DNA of 29,348 nt. Source: an uncultured Alphaproteobacteria bacterium (GTDB taxonomy: Bacteria; Pseudomonadota; Alphaproteobacteria; UBA8366; GCA-2717185). Shown one piece after another: positions 7,663 through 16,725 of this stretch. A program made the position numbers and the translations under genes. The stretch lies in contig CAXBEC010000001.1 of the NCBI GenBank assembly GCA_963974145.1, forward strand, positions 1 to 29,348, written 5' to 3'. Below the pieces are notes generated by a model that ran no database searches, was not told where the DNA came from, and was given only the letters and a program-made list of their open reading frames with translations. Each line of letters begins with the position of its first letter. The first letter of the stretch is position 1.

Positions 7663-9114
7663 TCAGCCCAGCATATTGGCAACATGCTGGAACCAGGTGA
7701 CCAGCGGCGGTGGCAGGTAAATTCCGGCGGCGAGAACGAGGCCGAGATGCACGAACATCGGAATATACGAGGCTTCGACGGGCGCGGCACGGCCTTCTGG
7801 TTCGCCGAATGCCAACCCGTTCAAGCGCATCAGCAGCGCACCGAAGGCGACCAGCAGGCCGAAGACAAGCGCGATGGCCAGCAGCGGTTCGCGGGCGAAT
7901 GTGGATGTCACGACCAGAAACTCGCTCATGAAGACGCCCATCGGCGGTAATCCGGCAATGGCGACAACGCCGATGACGAGGCTCCAGCCCAGCGCGGGAT
8001 GTGTAACAGTCAGGCCCCGGATTTCGGACATCTGCTGCGTACCCTTCACCTGGGCAATATGGCCGACCGTAAAGAAAATCGCCGACTTGGTCAGGCTGTG
8101 CATCACCATGTGCAGCAGCCCGGCGAAATTGGCCAGCGGACCGCCCATGCCAAAGGCGAACGCGATGATGCCCATGTGTTCAATGGATGAATAGGCGAAC
8201 ATCCGTTTGATGTCCCGCCGCCGATACAGCATGAATGCTGCGAAGATAACGGATGTCAGTCCCATTCCCACCATCAGGGGGCCGGGTGCGACAGCTTCGG
8301 GGTTACCCGCCAGCAAAAGTTTGAACCGCAGCACCGCATAGAGCGCAATGTTGAGCAGCAGTCCCGACAGAACGGCGGAAATCGGCGTCGGTCCTTCCGC
8401 ATGGGCATCCGGCAGCCAGGCATGCAGTGGCGCCAGCCCGACCTTGGTGCCGTAACCGAGCAGCAGAAACACAAAGGCGACATTCAGCAGGGCGGGATCG
8501 AATTCGGCGCTGCGTTCGATCAGGATCGTCCAGATCATGCCCGCGGTGCCTTCGCCGGTGACCGGCTGCGCGGCCATATACACCAGGATTGTCCCGAAAA
8601 GTGCCAGCGCGATGCCGACGCTGCCCAGGATGAAGTATTTCCATGCCGCCTCAAGCGCCGCCTGGGTCCGGTAGATGCCGACCATCAGCACAGTGGTCAG
8701 GGTAGCGACCTCGATGGCGACCCACATCAATCCGATATTGTTGGATACCAGGGCCAGGTTCATCCCGAACATCATCACCTGGTACATGGCGTGATAAAAC
8801 CGCAGTGAGGCCGGCGTCAGCCGCTTGGTTTCAAGCTCGTGCGCGATATAGGTGGCGCTGAAGACGCTGGTCGTGAATCCGACAAAGGTATTGAGGACGA
8901 TGAAAACGATGTTCAGGTCGTCGACCAGCAGGTACTGGCTCGGATCGGGGCGATCGACAAACAAAATCGATGCCGCGGCAACCAGGGTCAGGAAGGTGGC
9001 CAGTACATTAAGTGCCGCACTCAGCCGGTAACCCGGCACCAGGGCCAGCAAAACCGCCGTGCCGAAGGGGATCGCCAGGACTGCGCTTACAGGATCGACG
9101 AAAACCGCGCTCAT
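7663..9114 (-). CDS. hyfF: Hydrogenase-4 subunit F-like antiporter-type membrane subunit (NuoL/M/N family)
   Basis: WVAIEVATLTT, EAAWKYFILGSVGIALALFG, GYGTKVGLAPLHAWLPDAHAEGPTPISAVLSG and KRMFAYSSIEHMG motifs. ATGA overlap with hyfE. Confidence 0.9.
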   Translation of the reverse strand: MSAVFVDPVSAVLAIPFGTAVLLALVPGYRLSAALNVLATFLTLVAAASILFVDRPDPSQYLLVDDLNIVFIVLNTFVGFTTSVFSATYIAHELETKRLTPASLRFYHAMYQVMMFGMNLALVSNNIGLMWVAIEVATLTTVLMVGIYRTQAALEAAWKYFILGSVGIALALFGTILVYMAAQPVTGEGTAGMIWTILIERSAEFDPALLNVAFVFLLLGYGTKVGLAPLHAWLPDAHAEGPTPISAVLSGLLLNIALYAVLRFKLLLAGNPEAVAPGPLMVGMGLTSVIFAAFMLYRRRDIKRMFAYSSIEHMGIIAFAFGMGGPLANFAGLLHMVMHSLTKSAIFFTVGHIAQVKGTQQMSEIRGLTVTHPALGWSLVIGVVAIAGLPPMGVFMSEFLVVTSTFAREPLLAIALVFGLLVAFGALLMRLNGLAFGEPEGRAAPVEASYIPMFVHLGLVLAAGIYLPPPLVTWFQHVANMLG

Positions 9115-9776
9115 TGCTGTCCTTCCCGGAAGCGGTCCAGCGCTTCTATATCGACCGTGTCGAACCGTTCGCGTATCCGGAACAGGAATACGCCGATGAC
9201 GATAAAGGCGATCAGGATCGAGAAGGCGACGCTGATCTCGACCACCAGCGGCATGCCCCGGGCACCGGTTGCGGCCAGGACCAGCCCGTTCTCCAGCGAC
9301 ATGAAACCGATGACCTGGCTCACCGCATTACGGCGGGTCACCATCATCAGCATGCCGAGCAGGACCACGGCCAGCGCGAAGGCCAGGTCCTCGCGGCTCA
9401 GCGGGTCCGATGCCGCCGTCAGCGGCAGCATGACGACCATCGACAGGGCGACCAAACCCATCCCGGCCAGCATCGTCGGACCGATACCGGCCACGATCTC
9501 GATTTCCCGATGAATGCCGAGCCGGCGAACAATCCGGTGCAGCCCGACAGGGATGACGATGGCCTTGAAAACCAGCGCAATAAGGGCGGTGATATAAAGA
9601 TGCGGCGCTTCCTGGACATAGGCCTGCCAGACGACCGACAGCGCCAGGACCAGCGCGTGCAGCGCGAATACGTTCAGCAGCGCGTAGAGCCGGACCTGAT
9701 ACAGCATCACGAAACTGAACAGCACCAGGCCGCCGGCCAGAAGATGCGCAATGTCAAAAGAGAGACTGTTCATCAC
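9111..9776 (-). CDS. hyfE: Hydrogenase-4 subunit E-like membrane subunit
   Basis: Hydrophobic 221 aa with KAIVIP, QVIGFMSLENG and GMPLVVE motifs typical of HyfE. Overlaps the hyfC stop. Confidence 0.85.
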   Translation of the reverse strand: MMNSLSFDIAHLLAGGLVLFSFVMLYQVRLYALLNVFALHALVLALSVVWQAYVQEAPHLYITALIALVFKAIVIPVGLHRIVRRLGIHREIEIVAGIGPTMLAGMGLVALSMVVMLPLTAASDPLSREDLAFALAVVLLGMLMMVTRRNAVSQVIGFMSLENGLVLAATGARGMPLVVEISVAFSILIAFIVIGVFLFRIRERFDTVDIEALDRFREGQQ

Positions 9777-10729
9777 AGGCTCCTGGAAACAAACAGAAGG
9801 AGCATGCCGAGCAGCGCCAGCATCAGGGCCGCGCCGAGAAATTCCGGTACCCGGAATACTCGCATCTTGGCGACGGCCGTTTCGAACACGGCGAGCAGGG
9901 CGCCCAGCATGGTAATTTTGACGGCAAATGCTGCAAAGCCCGTCGCATAGGCGAGCAGCCCGTCGTCCGAAAGCGCCAACCCCCAGGGGATAAAGACACT
10001 GCCGATCAGCGACATGTAAAGCAGGAGCTTGAGCGATGCTGAAAGCTCGATCATGGCCAGGTGGCGCCCGGAATATTCCAGTACCATTGCTTCGTGCACC
10101 ATGGTCAGTTCCAGATGCGTCGCGGGGTTATCGACGGGAATACGCCCGTTCTCGGCGATTGCTACCAGGATCAGCGCGACCATCGCCATGCCGAGCGTGA
10201 CCCGCAACCCGACCTCGGAAGAGCCCATAAAGGCGGTGATGGTGGACAACTGGGTTGACCCGGCCAGCAGGGCCAGACTGAAAACGGTCAGCAGCATGGC
10301 GGGCTCGGCGAGTGACGCGATCATCACTTCGCGGCTGGACCCGATGCCGCCGAAACTGGTACCTACATCCATCCCCGCGAGTGCCAGAAAAAACCGGGCG
10401 CTGGCCAGCAGGGCGATGATGGCGATGATGTCTGCCGACCAGCTGAAAATGAGTCCGCTCGCGAAAGTCGGAACCAATGCGGTTGCGACCCAGGTTGCGG
10501 CAAATATCAGGTAGGGCGTCACCCGGAACAGCCAGGATGCGTTTTCCGCCAGCACCGCTTCCTTTCGCAACAGGCGAAACAGGTCGCGATAGGGCTGGAT
10601 GACGGATGGTCCGCGGCGCCGCATCAGCCGCGCCTTCACCTTGCGCACGAAACCGGTCAGCAGCGGCGCGAGCAGCACCACCAGCGCCATCTGTATGAAC
10701 TGGATCAACAGGTCGCCGATTACTGCCAT
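9773..10729 (-). CDS. hyfC: HyfC/NuoH-like membrane subunit
   Basis: RKVKARLMRRRGPSVIQPYRDL, FGGIGSSRE and ENGRIPVDNPATHLELTMVHEAMVLEYSG motifs of the NuoH/HycD family. Confidence 0.9.
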   Translation of the reverse strand: MAVIGDLLIQFIQMALVVLLAPLLTGFVRKVKARLMRRRGPSVIQPYRDLFRLLRKEAVLAENASWLFRVTPYLIFAATWVATALVPTFASGLIFSWSADIIAIIALLASARFFLALAGMDVGTSFGGIGSSREVMIASLAEPAMLLTVFSLALLAGSTQLSTITAFMGSSEVGLRVTLGMAMVALILVAIAENGRIPVDNPATHLELTMVHEAMVLEYSGRHLAMIELSASLKLLLYMSLIGSVFIPWGLALSDDGLLAYATGFAAFAVKITMLGALLAVFETAVAKMRVFRVPEFLGAALMLALLGMLLLFVSRSL

Positions 10730-12748
10730 ATCGCCAGCACCGTCAGCAGGGCCACAAGGGCAAAGAATACGAGACTGAGATACAGCCGGATGGTCAGGAA
10801 TTGCAGCCGGTTCAAGCAGGTTGCCGCAACCGAAATAGCATTTGCGACCGGCGCGTATATCCCGTCCCAGATAAGGTCTCGCAAATCCAGCTGAAACCGC
10901 GCCGGGCGCATGTCGCCCGGCGGCGGCATGTCCACATTATCCCGTGCCCGAAAGGCCAGCGTACCGAACACGCGGCGGCTGGGCGAAGCTTCCCGATGAA
11001 TACTGCCCCAGCGGTGCCGGATCCGAAAAACCGCAGCCCCAGGCCGGTGCCCGCCGCAATGCGCGCGAGGCGACGCGATGTACGATCCAGGCTGACAGCA
11101 TGCCGGCGCTACCGATAAACACGAACAGCAGCAGGCCATTATAGGCGCTGCGGCCCTCGGCGATCGGTACGATGGACAACCATTCGCGGCCGCTCTGCAT
11201 GGGCATTTGCGCGCCGACCAGCAATTGTGAGACCGGAGAGAGCATGTCGATGACAAGGCCCGGCAGCAGGCCAATCAGCAGGCACAGCCCGGCAAACGTG
11301 CCCATAGCGGCCATCATGTAACGATCCACTTCCTTGACCTGCGCGGCTGAATCGCTGCGCGCCCGGCCAAGGAATGTGATCCCGAACGCCTTCACGAAAC
11401 AGGCAGCGGCCAGGGCGGCGGACAGCGCCAGAACGCCCCCGATCGTGGGGATCATTATTTTTAATCCCCATTGGGGGATTGCCGGGCTTTGCAGGACCGC
11501 CTGGAAGGTCAGCCATTCCGAAACGAATCCATTCAGTGGCGGCAGCGCGGAAATGGCGACACTACCGACCAGGAAGCTGACACTGGTGACTGGCATACGG
11601 TGGATCAGCCCGCCCAGCCGGTCCATGTCGCGTTCGCCCGTAGCGGTAAGCACAGCACCGGCGCCGAAGAACAGCAGGCTTTTGAACAGCATGTGATTCA
11701 GGGCATGAAACAGTGCGGCCGTGAGTGCCAGCGCCGCAGCCCAGCTCATGTTATTGGTCTGGAAAGCGAGCGCCAGTCCCAGTCCGATGAAGATGATGCC
11801 GATATTTTCTACGGAGGAATAGGCGAGCAGCCGCTTCAGGTCGGACTGCATCAGCGCATACAGGACGCCGAGAACGGCGGTAAGCCCGCCGAGAAACAGC
11901 ACTGTCATCGCCGCCCACCATGTCGGATCCCCGAGAAGGTCGAAGGTGATACGGATGAAACCGTATATGGCGACCTTGGTCATCACGCCGCTCATCAGTG
12001 CGGAGACATGGCTGGGTGCGGCCGGATGGGCGAGCGGCAGCCATACATGCAGCGGTACGATACCCGCCTTGGAACCCGCGCCCAGTAAAATAAGGAAAAG
12101 GATCAGCGTGGATGTGAGGGGTGTGTGGGCGGCCTCCCGTATCGCCGCGAACCCGTAACTGCCGGCCGGGCCGGCCAGCAAACCGAAGCCCAGTAACAGC
12201 GCCATCGTACCGAAGCCAGCCATGATCAGGTAGACATACCCTGCATGGGCATTGCCCGATGCGCGGTGATGCGCCATGACCAGCGCCCAGGATGCCAGTG
12301 ACATGAACTCCCAGCACAACAGAAAGCTGAACGCATCATCAGCCATCACCACCAGATTCATGGCGGCGAGGAAGACCGGATAGAACGGCAACACCCGACC
12401 CGGCACTGACTCATGCCGCCCGTAGCCGAGCCCGTACAGGCTTGCAGCAGCGCCTCCAAGATTGACAACAATAAGGAAAAAGGCAGCCAGCGCATCTATG
12501 CGAAAACAGGCGCCAAGCCAGGGTAATCCAAGCGGCAGAATGACAGATGGCGCCGTGGGCGGCGGCGCCAGCAGCAAACCTGCGGAATTGACCAGCGCCA
12601 CGATGCCAACCAACAGGCACAGGCCGTAAATGACGATATGCCCGTTCCGGCGTTTGCCTGCCGCGATCCCCAGGGCGGCAATAGCGAACAGCATCGCGAC
12701 GCACCACAGGGCCGGTATCATGCCATTATCCGCGTCATTTCGCGCCAC
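10720..12748 (-). pseudogene. hyfB: Hydrogenase-4 subunit B-like (NuoL/MrpA-type) gene, frameshifted near 10975
   Basis: ORF 10937..12748 carries HyfB motifs (FLLCWEFMSLAS, KAGIVPLHVWLPLAHPAAPSHVSALMSG, KRLLAYSSVENIG, PPLNGFVSEW) but derails after GSFAQP. The expected C-terminus (RRVFGTLAFRARDNVDMPPPGD...NRLQFLTIRLYL...) continues in the frame of ORF 10720..11274, whose TAA overlaps the hyfC ATG. Start is GTG 12748 or ATG 12721. Could be an assembly error. Confidence 0.85.
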
Positions 12749-13004
12749 CTGCCGGTTTGGGGTCTTTCAACCGGATGCCACGTCCGCCGCCGGTACTGGC
12801 AGCACCTTCGGCAATAAGTTCGATCCCGGCAGATTCCAGCGCGTTGACCAGCTTCATCAGCGAATCGACGTTGCCTCGAACAACACCGTCGCTCGCTTCC
12901 ATTCGCTGAATGGTCGGCACGGAAAGCCCGGTCAGTCTGGCGAGATCGCGCTGGTCAACGCCAAGCAACGCCCGGGCGGCGCGCATCTGGGCGGCGGTGA
13001 TCAT
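12735..13004 (-). CDS. XRE-family helix-turn-helix transcriptional regulator, first gene of the Ehr operon
   Basis: MITAAQMRAARALLGVDQRDLARLTGLSVPTIQRME HTH_3 signature and C-terminal GGRGIRL. GAGG RBS 7 nt upstream of the ATG. Confidence 0.9.
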   Translation of the reverse strand: MITAAQMRAARALLGVDQRDLARLTGLSVPTIQRMEASDGVVRGNVDSLMKLVNALESAGIELIAEGAASTGGGRGIRLKDPKPAGGAK

Positions 13005-13040
13005 GAATGCAGCCTCTGGATACCTGATGAATACATGGTT

Positions 13041-13074
13041 TATCAGAAATATTACGCGAATTCTGATATGTCAA
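13041..13074 (-). promoter_or_regulatory. Putative sigma-70 promoter of the XRE-Ehr operon with overlapping inverted repeat
   Basis: Minus-strand TTGACA (13074-13069), 17 nt, then TATTTC (weak -10). Perfect inverted repeat TATCAGAA-N12-TTCTGATA at 13041-13068 covers the spacer and -10. Confidence 0.5.
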
Positions 13075-13264
13075 ACATCAATTAGAACGTTTGAACAGTA
13101 ATAGGGTCTGTTTTATGGGCTTTCGTTGGCGCATTGATGCAGGGCGGCTCGGGGGTCTCCGGGGAAAACGACGGCCAGATCCTGGCCATTTTTATACAAG
13201 CACTCGCCCAACTGTGTTAAATCACGATAACTATTTATAATATCATGTAAATGCAGAGAAATTT

Positions 13265-14965
13265 ATGTCTGACGGTTTTGCATCGCAATACGATGAAATC
13301 GTATCGAAAATTCCCATTTCACGATGGATTTCCATCGGCGCGGGCGCATTGATTGTCTATTTTCTGGCCAGTGCATTTTTATACGGGATTAACAGGAACT
13401 ATCATCACATTGTTCCCGAAGCAATTGAATACCAGAATGTCAATTTAGCGATAGCATTGACCGAAAGTGTCTACAATCTCGACGAAGGTCATATATCACA
13501 TAGAAAAGTATATGATACATTACGTGAAAATGGCATTGCCTATTTCGCACGATTCCTTGAGCCACTGGGCGTAACCTTTCCGGAAAATGTATCAAACCCG
13601 GTCCTGATAAATAACGCACTGACGAAGGCATCGACACTTCCACCTCTCGACAGGCCCGTCAAAATTACACATGTCGAGGAAATCAAACCAATAGAGCCGA
13701 ATGATGTCGGTATGTCGGAGTTTTACAAGGTATCATTCAGGATATTCGGTATTCGCGTACAGTCATTTTACCTTATGTATTTCCTGATTTTTGGCAGCAG
13801 CGTATTCCTGTTCTACTTGCGGTTTTTCAAATTTCCTGTCTTTGCATCACTATTGTCCCTCGCTGTCGGGTTGCATTTTTGCATGTTCGTTTATCTATGG
13901 GAAATTTTGCCGCCCGAACAGCGATTCGGCGTGGGAACGCCCTATGCACCACGATTTATCTCTATTCTGGGCATCCTGCCGGCGCTGCATATTGCTGTGG
14001 AAATATTCCGACAGCCAAAATTTTCGCTGGTTGCCGTCGCCTGTTTCCTTGTGCAACTGTCCTTGCTGGTATGGCTCTTGACCATGCGTGGAACTGTCCT
14101 CTGGCAGGTCCTTTGGGTCGCGTTGATCATTGCATGCCTGGCGTTACCTTTTGTAGGAAGGTGCCTTGTACTGAAATACGCTGATCCCCTGAAAATGAAA
14201 TTGTCCCTGGCCCGGTTTATACGATTACCGGTCTTTCTCTTTGCTATCGGCGTCGTGGGGTACTCGGCATATTATACGTCATCTCTCAATCCGCTTTACC
14301 GGTTTAGTGACGAATTCCTTCCGGCCCACATGGTGTGGCACAGTGTTTATGCCGGCTTGGAGCAGCATCCGGAATGGACGGCAAAATTCGGCGAGGCTCA
14401 CACCAAGAACGGCGTACAGCAAACGGGGGATAACGTCCCGTTTATCGCCGCTGAAAATTTCCTGAAATCGAACTATGACCTGGACAGCAGTTATTATCAG
14501 TCGTCTGTTTACCTTTTTCGCTACCGGACACTAGAGCGGGTTATTAAAGAGGCCTATTTTGAGTTCGTCCGAAACAATCCGGAATTCGTGCTGGAATTGC
14601 AGTTCATATACAAACCCCGCGCCTTTCTTGCTGCGTTGAAGGCGAATGTTACGAGCACATTCCCGAATATCCCCGCGGTTGCCTGGGGGGGGATTGTCCT
14701 GTCCCTCGGATTACTGCTTCTTTCCGCCGCGCGGCAGAGACTGGAAGGCTTGGGAGATGTCCGCGCATTGCTGGTGGTCCTGCCATTTGGCGCTGCCATG
14801 TCACTCGCGCCATTTTTCGCCACGTTCGCTTCCAACAGCATCATTGGCGACAGTTTTTATATGATAATCCTCTGTGCCGGAGCATTGCTGTGCCTGTTAC
14901 CCGTATTGTTGCTCCACAATGCGGTTCGCTTTTATAAATCCAGATGGGGTCTGTATAGCGTTTAG
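13265..14965 (+). CDS. Polytopic membrane protein with two large extracytoplasmic loops, possibly a GT-C-type lipid-carrier-dependent transferase
   Basis: 566 aa, roughly 10-12 hydrophobic segments. Loop after TM1 contains EPNDVG; a late loop has HMVWHSVYAGL and EAYFEFVRNNPEFVLE..YKP. Function is inferred from architecture only. Confidence 0.7.
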   Translation: MSDGFASQYDEIVSKIPISRWISIGAGALIVYFLASAFLYGINRNYHHIVPEAIEYQNVNLAIALTESVYNLDEGHISHRKVYDTLRENGIAYFARFLEPLGVTFPENVSNPVLINNALTKASTLPPLDRPVKITHVEEIKPIEPNDVGMSEFYKVSFRIFGIRVQSFYLMYFLIFGSSVFLFYLRFFKFPVFASLLSLAVGLHFCMFVYLWEILPPEQRFGVGTPYAPRFISILGILPALHIAVEIFRQPKFSLVAVACFLVQLSLLVWLLTMRGTVLWQVLWVALIIACLALPFVGRCLVLKYADPLKMKLSLARFIRLPVFLFAIGVVGYSAYYTSSLNPLYRFSDEFLPAHMVWHSVYAGLEQHPEWTAKFGEAHTKNGVQQTGDNVPFIAAENFLKSNYDLDSSYYQSSVYLFRYRTLERVIKEAYFEFVRNNPEFVLELQFIYKPRAFLAALKANVTSTFPNIPAVAWGGIVLSLGLLLLSAARQRLEGLGDVRALLVVLPFGAAMSLAPFFATFASNSIIGDSFYMIILCAGALLCLLPVLLLHNAVRFYKSRWGLYSV

Positions 14966-15116
14966 TCATGGCCGGGCACTGCTCAGGGCCGTTTCATGGG
15001 TCGCTTCCATCGAATTCGCTTCTCTGCGAATATGCCGGCAATTTAGTACATTGGTGGACTGGAAGTTTCCGGGAATAGACCCGAATCCGTCCTGACCGGC
15101 AGGGAGCACGATCCAG

Positions 15117-16334
15117 ATGTTTTATGTTTCAACATGGGGCGGCACGGCGTCCGGGTGGTTTGCGCGTGCCCTGTCTCTGCATCCCGAAGTCGTGTGCTTC
15201 CAGGGAACACGAAGCATTCCGCCCTATCCGGCAGGCATTACCCCCGACATGGAACCGGAAGAGTTTGCCGAAGGGTTGCATCAGTTATGGGGCACCAGTC
15301 GGCATACCAAAATGTTTGGCGCCACCAATGGCTTCCATGGGCTGGCGATGAAGAGCGCGATCGAGACACGAAACGGCACCTTCGCTGCTGCTGCGCGCCA
15401 CCCGATTATGCGGATCCACGGACTGTATTGTCATTACGCGACGACGGTGACGGATGCGAAGCTTGAAGGAACCGATGTTTACAAGCCGTTTCGGGAAGAC
15501 ATGAGCGAATATGCGGAACTGGAACTTGTCGACCAGACGTTCCGTTTGAAACCGTTTGCCCGGGAATTTCTGATGATGGCATCGCCTACGGTCAAATATG
15601 ACATGATCGCCATCCGCAATCTGCCCCTCGTAAATATCATCCGGTTCGAGGAACTCACGAAGAACCGCGAATACTTTGCGCAATGCTTCAGCATGCTTGT
15701 CGGCCGCTTCACTGATTATGCACGCAGCCTATATGATAATCCCGATACAAGGGTGTCGGTTGGCTATTTCGATATGAAGCCCGAACCGACGGAGGCATAT
15801 CTCGATACGGTTTTCAATCAGCCACGCTACGGATCGAAGTCGCGTGGGATGGACCTGAATACGCCGGAAGAAGTCTTTGATGCCTGGCCCGATTTTTACA
15901 AGTACCTGTTCGCGATGTGCCTCAAGGCGGAAGGTGGCGTTGCGGCGGTTGAGGATTACCGCAAGCTCGGATACGAGCTTCCCCCGGTTTATTCGAAGAT
16001 CAATTACGCCCGTCTGTCCCCCGCCATCTGGCGGGCAGTTGCTGGTTATGACGGGGAAATGGAATCGCTGCTGAATCGCGACGCAATGGTCGTCGAAAGT
16101 ATCGAAAAACAGGTGGAATTGCGGACCGCGGCACTGGAGGCGGAGTTGGAGGCGGCCCGGACAGAGGCAGCGTCGGCGCGGGCCGAGGCTGCTGCGTCCA
16201 AAGCGATTATCGATGTGGCGCAGTCCGACGCAAACGCGGCTCGGGATGCCTTGAAAGTCTTGCGAGAAGACAGTTCATGGCATGTGCCTGGACCATTCCG
16301 CGCCATTGGGCGAATCTGGCGTGGGCCGAACTAG
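15117..16334 (+). CDS. Sulfotransferase-like (P-loop) domain protein with C-terminal coiled coil and amphipathic tail
   Basis: N-terminal FYVSTWGGTASGWFARALSLHPEVVCFQG resembles the 5'-PSB region; RHPIMR resembles the 3'-PB; IRFEEL and LGY also fit. Ala/Glu coiled coil near residues 325-385, then SSWHVPGPFRAIGRIWR. AGGGAG RBS. Confidence 0.65.
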   Translation: MFYVSTWGGTASGWFARALSLHPEVVCFQGTRSIPPYPAGITPDMEPEEFAEGLHQLWGTSRHTKMFGATNGFHGLAMKSAIETRNGTFAAAARHPIMRIHGLYCHYATTVTDAKLEGTDVYKPFREDMSEYAELELVDQTFRLKPFAREFLMMASPTVKYDMIAIRNLPLVNIIRFEELTKNREYFAQCFSMLVGRFTDYARSLYDNPDTRVSVGYFDMKPEPTEAYLDTVFNQPRYGSKSRGMDLNTPEEVFDAWPDFYKYLFAMCLKAEGGVAAVEDYRKLGYELPPVYSKINYARLSPAIWRAVAGYDGEMESLLNRDAMVVESIEKQVELRTAALEAELEAARTEAASARAEAAASKAIIDVAQSDANAARDALKVLREDSSWHVPGPFRAIGRIWRGPN

Positions 16335-16538
16335 CCATCCACCCTCCCCATCCGCCGCCTGATACATGCCAACCCGGGAGTATTCCTGGCAAACCCGGAT
16401 TGCCGTTTCCGGCGTGGCGTAAGGGTATCTTCTGTACCGATAATGGCGCCACGCCATGATCAGGACATCGAGGCCGGCGACATAACAGTTTCCTGCAATG
16501 CTGTTTTCGGAATGGGCCTTGCATTTCAACAACTGTCA

Positions 16539-16725
16539 GGCGCGCGCCAGGATTGGACATCGCGCTCGGCATTTCGGGGCTACGGGCACGGACGATTCGA
16601 AGGCTAAACAGGGGCGGCGCGTCGAATTAAAATATCCCGGAATCCGGAACAGGAACGAACCGCTCTATTTTGGACGAGTTCCTGAAAGTACGGGCGCACC
16701 CAGCAGGGAGAGGATCGAACCTGAT
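16539..16725 (-). repeat. Degenerate fragments resembling the adjacent tRNA-Arg, in the same orientation
   Basis: Minus strand GTGCCCGTAGC-N11-GAGCG (16589-16563) vs tRNA GCGCCCGTAGC-N11-GAGCG, followed by a 3'-end-like CGATGTCCAATCCTGGCGCGCGCC. GCGCCCGTA...ATAGAGCG-GTTCGTTCC at 16697-16652 and CAGGTTCGATCC at 16723-16712. Confidence 0.35.

Noticed and set aside
10720-11274. 184-aa ORF as an independent gene
   Set aside because: Its first ~100 residues are out-of-frame hyfB sequence; only the last 85 aa are meaningful, as the hyfB C-terminus.
6453-12088. Many plus-strand ORFs of 100-312 aa within the Ehr operon
   Set aside because: Antisense shadows of well-supported membrane-subunit genes.
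16275-16572. Short minus-strand ORFs between the sulfotransferase-like gene and the tRNA
   Set aside because: No recognisable family; they overlap the upstream gene end, and a possible RBS-ATG frame hits TGA after 7 codons.
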